From Sulfurihydrogenibium sp. (lineage in GTDB: Bacteria > Aquificota > Aquificia > Aquificales > Hydrogenothermaceae), in contig JBBIPN010000007.1 of the NCBI GenBank assembly GCA_037442825.1, positions 1 to 32,399 on the forward strand: a stretch of DNA of 32,399 nucleotides, written 5' to 3'. The notes under the pieces were generated by a model, which was not told the origin of the DNA, ran no database searches, and saw only the letters and a list, made by a program, of their open reading frames with translations. Below, one piece after another: positions 27,495 to 32,399 of this stretch. The position numbers and the translations under genes are program-made. How positions within the stretch are numbered: the stretch's first letter is position 1; every line of letters starts with the position of its first letter.

Positions 27495-28661
27495 ATGAAA
27501 ATGAATCAGCCTTTAAAGTTTATTCTCTTTTTTGTATTACCTATAACTGTTTTTATCTTATGGCTTGGAGGATTTTTATCCCATAGAACACCACCAGGAG
27601 AAAGTAAAGAAGTTAAAGTAGTATCAAACCTTCCTGTTATGGATGTTCAACTACAAGAAACACCAATTTACTACAAAGCAGACGGTATGGTATCAGCAGA
27701 AAATAATGCTAAAGTATCTACAAAATGGATGGGAAGAATACTAAAGATTAATGTTAAAGAAGGAGATTATGTAAAAGCAGGCCAAGTACTTGCAATTTTA
27801 GATGATGCTGAAATTAAGCAACAAAAAAATGAAGCTTTAGCAGGTTTTGAGGAACTTTCAAAAGCAAGAGAAGAAGCTTTAGCTGCAAGAAAGGCAGCAT
27901 TAGAAAACTATGAATTTGCAAAAAGAACATATGAAAGATTTAGAAATCTCTATCAAGAAAATGCAGTCTCAAAACAACAACTTGAGGAGATAGAAACAAA
28001 GATGATAGCTACAAAATCAATGGTAGAACAAGTTGATGCAAAACTTGCACAACTTCAAGCAAAAGAATCGCAGGTGAAATCTAAAATTGCTCAAGTTGAT
28101 ATAATGGCTGGATATGCTGTAATAAGAGCTCCTTTTGATGGTTATGTTTTGAAAAAGATGAATGATGAAGGTGATATGGCAGCTCCAGGTATGCCAATAT
28201 TTATAATAGGAGAGAAAAAGTTAGAATTTATAGCTAACTTAGATGAATCACTTTTAGATAAGGTAAAAGAAGGAGATAATGTAAAAGTAGATTTAAATGG
28301 AAAAATCATTGAAGGTAAAGTTATTGAAAAAAATCCTAATATAGACCCAATGAATAGAACATTTAAAGTAAAAGTAAGTATTGGATATAGTGAAAATCTA
28401 ACATCTGGAATGTATGGTAAATTGATTATACCTATTGAAAAATCTCAAAAAATAGTGATACCAAAATCTGCTATATTTAAATGGGGGCAACTTAATGCTG
28501 TATATGTTGTAGGAAAAGATAATATTATAAGATTGACATATGTGAAACTTGGAGAAGATTACGGTGATACTGTAGAAATAATATCTGGTTTAAAAACTGG
28601 AGATAAAATCATACAATCAAACATAGAAAAAGCTTGTGATGGCTGCAGGTTAGGAGGATAA
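27495..28661 (+). CDS. RND efflux periplasmic adaptor (membrane fusion protein)
   Basis: TM anchor, lipoyl halves (VKEGDYVKAGQVL, IRAPFDG), alpha hairpin, IDPMNRTF, VEIISGLKTGD. Confidence 0.93.
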   Translation: MKMNQPLKFILFFVLPITVFILWLGGFLSHRTPPGESKEVKVVSNLPVMDVQLQETPIYYKADGMVSAENNAKVSTKWMGRILKINVKEGDYVKAGQVLAILDDAEIKQQKNEALAGFEELSKAREEALAARKAALENYEFAKRTYERFRNLYQENAVSKQQLEEIETKMIATKSMVEQVDAKLAQLQAKESQVKSKIAQVDIMAGYAVIRAPFDGYVLKKMNDEGDMAAPGMPIFIIGEKKLEFIANLDESLLDKVKEGDNVKVDLNGKIIEGKVIEKNPNIDPMNRTFKVKVSIGYSENLTSGMYGKLIIPIEKSQKIVIPKSAIFKWGQLNAVYVVGKDNIIRLTYVKLGEDYGDTVEIISGLKTGDKIIQSNIEKACDGCRLGG

Positions 28662-28663
28662 TA

Positions 28664-31600
28664 ATGGAGAATCTTGGACTTGCAGGGAAAATAGCAAAGT
28701 ACTTTTTAAACTCAAAATTGACACCTCTACTTGTGTTGGCTTCTTTACTTCTCGGATTTTTTGCAGTTTTTACAACATCAAGAGATGAAGAACCTCAAAT
28801 CGTAGTTCCAATGATAGATATTATGGTACCTTTTCCAGGTGCAAAATCTCAAGAAGTAAACAACCTTGTTACAAAACCACTTGAAAAATTAATGTGGGAA
28901 ATACCAGATGTAGAATATGTTTATTCTTATGCAGGTGATGGTTTTGGTATAGTTACAGTTAGATTTAAAGTAGGAGCAAATCCAGAGGCTAGCTTAGTTA
29001 AACTTTATAGTAAAGTTATGTCAAACTACTACAGAATGCCTCAAGGAGCTATGGACCCTATAATAAAACCAAAATCTATAGATGATGTTCCTATACTTTC
29101 TATTACATTACATAGTTCAAATTACTCATCTTATGACCTAAGAAGAATTGCAGAAGTTGTTGAAGATGAGATAAAACAGCTATCAAACATTTCAGAAACT
29201 ACTATAATAGGTTCTAAACCAAAAGAAATAACTATTCACTTTGAACCTGCAAAATTAAATGCTTATAACATTATGCTTCCTCAAGTAATTCAAGCAATAC
29301 AAAATGCAAATGTTTCCTTACCTTCTGGAGAGTTTGATAAAGATAACTACAGATATAAAGTTAGAATAGGTCAGTTTTTAAGAAATAAAGATGACGTTGA
29401 AAATGTTGTAATAGCCGTTTATAACAACAGCCCTATAAGAATAAAAGATGTAGCCAAGGTAGAAGAAGGTGAATTTGAGATAGAAAACTATGTTCAGTTT
29501 GGTTATGGAGAAGCATCTAAAGATAAAAAAGATAATCCAGTCGAAAATGCAGTATCTATAGCAGTTGCTAAAAAAACAGGTAGTAACGCTGTTGTTGTTG
29601 CTGAAAATGTTATAGAAAAACTAAATGATATGAAAGGTAAAGTTATACCTTCTGATATAAACTTTACTATTACAAGAAACTATGGAGAAACAGCATCAGA
29701 AAAAGCAAATGAACTTATAGAACACTTACTTATAGCTACTTTTTCTATAGTTTTACTTATAGCTGTTACACTTGGATTTAAAGAATCATTAATAGTTGCT
29801 GTAACAATTCCTGTAACATTGGCAATAGCTTTATTTTTAAGTGAGATGTACGGATACTCTTTAAACAGGGTAACACTTTTTGCTCTTATATTCTCAATAG
29901 GTATTCTTGTAGACAACTCTATCGTTGTACTCGAGAATATACACAGATGGTTTTCTATGAGAAAAGTTTCTCAAGAAGATGCAGCTGTTATAGCTACAGA
30001 TGAAGTTGGTAATCCTACTATACTTGCTACCTTTGCTGTTATTGTTGCACTACTTCCTATGGCTTTTGTAACCGGTCTAATGGGGCCATATATGAGACCA
30101 ATACCTATAAACTCATCTGTTGCTATGTTTTTCTCAATGCTTTTAGCATTTATACTAACACCTTACTTAGCTTTAAGATGGTTGAAACATGATGAAAAGC
30201 ATGAAAGTCCAGAAGCTTTAGGAAAAGAAGATGAAGCAAGAGCTGGAGTTTTAGTAAAACTGTTTAACAAAATATATATGCCTCTATTCAATAGTAGAAC
30301 TAAAAGATGGCTTTTCCTTGGATTTGCTGGTGGTTTACTTGCTTTATCAGTTGTTTTACTTGTAACAAGGGCTGTTCTTGTTAAGATGTTACCTTATGAT
30401 AATAAAAGTGAACTTCAAATTGTCTTAGATATGCCTGAAGGAACTACTTTGCAAGAAACTTATAAAGTTACAAAACAGATAGCAGATTATATTAAAAATA
30501 TAAATGAAGTTAAGAATTATGTTATTTATGTAGGTCAACCTGCACCCTTTGATTTTAACGGATTAGTTAGACATTACTATTTAAGAGAATCTCCAAATTT
30601 AGCACAAATTCATATAAATCTTGTAGGTAAACACGATAGGAAAGCACAGTCTCATGAAATAGCTGAAAGGATAAGGGATGAAGTTGCCAAAATTGCTAAA
30701 ATGAATGGAGCTAAGTATGTTGCTGTAGTTGAACCACCACCAGGACCACCAGTTTTATCTCCTATTGTTGCAGAAGTTTATGGCCCAGATTATAAAGGTC
30801 AGTTAGCAGTAGCCAACGAAATAAAGAAAATATTTGAAAGTACACCAGGCATAATAGACGTAGGAATATATGCAAATTACTTTCAGAGAGAATACCAGAT
30901 AGATATCGATAGAGAAAAAGTTAAAAGATATGGACTATCTGAAGATGTAATTGTAAAAAAAGTTAGAATAGCTTTAGCAGGTCATAAAGTAGGCTTGATT
31001 CATTCTTCTGATGATATAAATCCAGTTTCTATTGTTGTGAGATTAGATGAAAAATATAGAAGTAGTATTGAAGATATTCTTTCTATGAAAATACCTACTC
31101 CTACAGGTGGTATTCCACTGAATGCTTTAGTAAATGTAAAACTATCAACATCAGAAAGTGATATATATAGGAAAAATTTACAACCTGTAGTTTATCTAAT
31201 AGCAAATGTTAACGATAAGGTAGGTAGTCCAGTGTATCCAATACTTGATTTATGGGATAAAATTAAAAACATAAAAACACCGGATGGTAAAGGTGTAGGA
31301 CAACTTTTAACACATCAACCAACATTTACAGATAGGTACTATCTAAAATGGGATGGAGAATGGCAAGTTACTTATGAGACATTTAGAGATATGGGTATCG
31401 CTTTTGCTGTAGCTATTGTAGTACTGTATATACTATTAGTTGGTTGGTTTAAATCTTTTAAAATGCCAGCTGTTATAATGTCACCTATTCCTTTTACATT
31501 AGTTGGTATAGTTCCAGGTCATCTTTTAATGGGAGCATTTTTTACGGCAACTTCTATGATAGGTTTTATAGCATTAGCAGGTATAATCCTAAGAAATTCT

Positions 31601-31912
31601 ATACTACTTGTAGAGTTTGCAGAGCAAAAACTAAAGGAAGGTTTATCTTTAGAAGAAGCTTTACTTGAAGCTGGAATTGTTAGAACAAGACCAATTTTAT
31701 TAACGGCAGCTGCTATTGTTGTTGGTGCATTTGTTATTATCTTTGACCCAATTTTTAATGGTCTTGCTATAGCATTAATATTTGGTACTATAGCATCTAC
31801 ACTTTTAACGTTAGTTGTTGTACCTGTTTTATACTATATGATAGTTGGAGAGGAAAGAAAATTACATCTATGTCCAGCAGTCCCGATAGATAGTAAAAAA
31901 GAAGAATGTTAA
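28664..31912 (+). CDS. RND efflux transporter permease (AcrB/CzcA superfamily)
   Basis: 1082 aa; SIGILVDNSIVVLENI, PPGPPV, RNSILLVEF, RTRPILLT. Confidence 0.95.
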   Translation: MENLGLAGKIAKYFLNSKLTPLLVLASLLLGFFAVFTTSRDEEPQIVVPMIDIMVPFPGAKSQEVNNLVTKPLEKLMWEIPDVEYVYSYAGDGFGIVTVRFKVGANPEASLVKLYSKVMSNYYRMPQGAMDPIIKPKSIDDVPILSITLHSSNYSSYDLRRIAEVVEDEIKQLSNISETTIIGSKPKEITIHFEPAKLNAYNIMLPQVIQAIQNANVSLPSGEFDKDNYRYKVRIGQFLRNKDDVENVVIAVYNNSPIRIKDVAKVEEGEFEIENYVQFGYGEASKDKKDNPVENAVSIAVAKKTGSNAVVVAENVIEKLNDMKGKVIPSDINFTITRNYGETASEKANELIEHLLIATFSIVLLIAVTLGFKESLIVAVTIPVTLAIALFLSEMYGYSLNRVTLFALIFSIGILVDNSIVVLENIHRWFSMRKVSQEDAAVIATDEVGNPTILATFAVIVALLPMAFVTGLMGPYMRPIPINSSVAMFFSMLLAFILTPYLALRWLKHDEKHESPEALGKEDEARAGVLVKLFNKIYMPLFNSRTKRWLFLGFAGGLLALSVVLLVTRAVLVKMLPYDNKSELQIVLDMPEGTTLQETYKVTKQIADYIKNINEVKNYVIYVGQPAPFDFNGLVRHYYLRESPNLAQIHINLVGKHDRKAQSHEIAERIRDEVAKIAKMNGAKYVAVVEPPPGPPVLSPIVAEVYGPDYKGQLAVANEIKKIFESTPGIIDVGIYANYFQREYQIDIDREKVKRYGLSEDVIVKKVRIALAGHKVGLIHSSDDINPVSIVVRLDEKYRSSIEDILSMKIPTPTGGIPLNALVNVKLSTSESDIYRKNLQPVVYLIANVNDKVGSPVYPILDLWDKIKNIKTPDGKGVGQLLTHQPTFTDRYYLKWDGEWQVTYETFRDMGIAFAVAIVVLYILLVGWFKSFKMPAVIMSPIPFTLVGIVPGHLLMGAFFTATSMIGFIALAGIILRNSILLVEFAEQKLKEGLSLEEALLEAGIVRTRPILLTAAAIVVGAFVIIFDPIFNGLAIALIFGTIASTLLTLVVVPVLYYMIVGEERKLHLCPAVPIDSKKEEC

Positions 31913-31921
31913 TTTGTAATG

Positions 31922-31946
31922 ACCGGTGGCTATAGCTACCGGTTTT
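31922..31946 (+). terminator. Intrinsic terminator of the RND operon
   Basis: ACCGGTGGC-TATA-GCTACCGGT followed by TTT, 9 nt after the stop codon. Confidence 0.75.
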
Positions 31947-32027
31947 ATCAGAAAGTTTTTGAAGAAGCTTGGTTTTTTTCTTTAAAATCCATTAGATCAA
32001 AAAATTAGTATTGAATGTGAATAAATG

Positions 32028-32270
32028 TAAGAATTAAAGATTGAAGATTGAAAATGAAAAATGCATTTTCATTTAATCTAATCCATCAAAAACGTTCTTA
32101 ATCTTCTATTCTTATTTTTAATTAGATAATTTTATCAAATCCATTACAAATCTCTATAAACCCTATAAACTCCATAAACCTTATAGATTATAGTGATTGT
32201 GAATATTAGATTATTTTAATTCAAAAATCAATTAAAAAGCCACTATCACATTTCACTGTCACTTCTAACT
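32028..32270. repeat. Cluster of degenerate 7-mer and 9-mer tandem repeats with inverted partners
   Basis: TAAGAAT/TAAAGAT/TGAAGAT/TGAAAAT/GAAAAAT (32028-32062) with inverted GTTCTTA/ATCTTCT/ATTCTTA (32094-32114); TAAACCCTA/TAAACTCCA/TAAACCTTA (32157-32183); TAGTGAT/TGTGAAT (32191-32204) versus CAC-periodic units (32241-32270). Confidence 0.6.
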
Positions 32271-32399
32271 AAATATTTTATATCTTTCAACTAGCTGGAA
32301 TTGATGTTAACTATATTCTATTAAAATAGAAAAAGTATCCTAATCTAAGCTATTAAAACCCTTTTCCTTTTATAGATAGAAGTGGTCAATTTATAACTC

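Noticed and set aside
28650..28661. MFP ends in Gly-Gly like a ubiquitin-type sulfur carrier
   Set aside because: The GGAGGA codons double as the Shine-Dalgarno for the RND gene, and the protein has no beta-grasp fold.
32028..32270. Possible CRISPR array
   Set aside because: Units are 7-9 nt, contiguous and degenerate; no 25-40 nt repeats with spacers and no cas genes in the window.
32345..32399. 3' end of a minus-strand gene entering from the right edge
   Set aside because: Open frames here are at most 17 codons and show no recognisable motif; undecidable without flanking sequence.

Overview
AT-rich bacterial chromosomal window with dense housekeeping content. The shuffled gene order and the protein sequences look like Aquificae (Hydrogenothermaceae/Sulfurihydrogenibium-like); this is an inference. 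Layout: (-) rpmI-rplT-pheS-pheT-6S RNA-5-formyl-THF cyclo-ligase-rny-ymdB (partial); (+) rplY-pth-[S6:S18 leader]-rpsF-ssb-rpsR-rplI-dnaB-mlaE-lptF/G; (-) guaB-hypothetical-pgk-IMPase/FBPase-pheA; (+) ThrC-like PLP enzyme-MoaD/CysO-like sulfur carrier-standalone NIL protein-ppx/gppA-uvrB; an unannotated 56-aa ORF (-); (+) archaeal-type DHQ synthase II-long MlaD-Crp/Fnr regulator-TolC-MFP-RND; then a non-coding tail with short tandem and inverted repeats. No CRISPR array, tRNA, rRNA, transposase or phage gene was seen. Best candidates for under-described systems: (1) the ThrC-like/sulfur-carrier/NIL triad, possibly carrier-dependent homocysteine synthesis with a separate methionine-sensing subunit; (2) a trans-envelope-type MlaD with 43-aa repeats and a C-terminal beta-barrel-like domain; (3) an RND pump with Cys/Met motifs and a 22-bp palindromic operator; (4) a 6S RNA trailer hairpin that hides the ribosome-binding site of the next gene.
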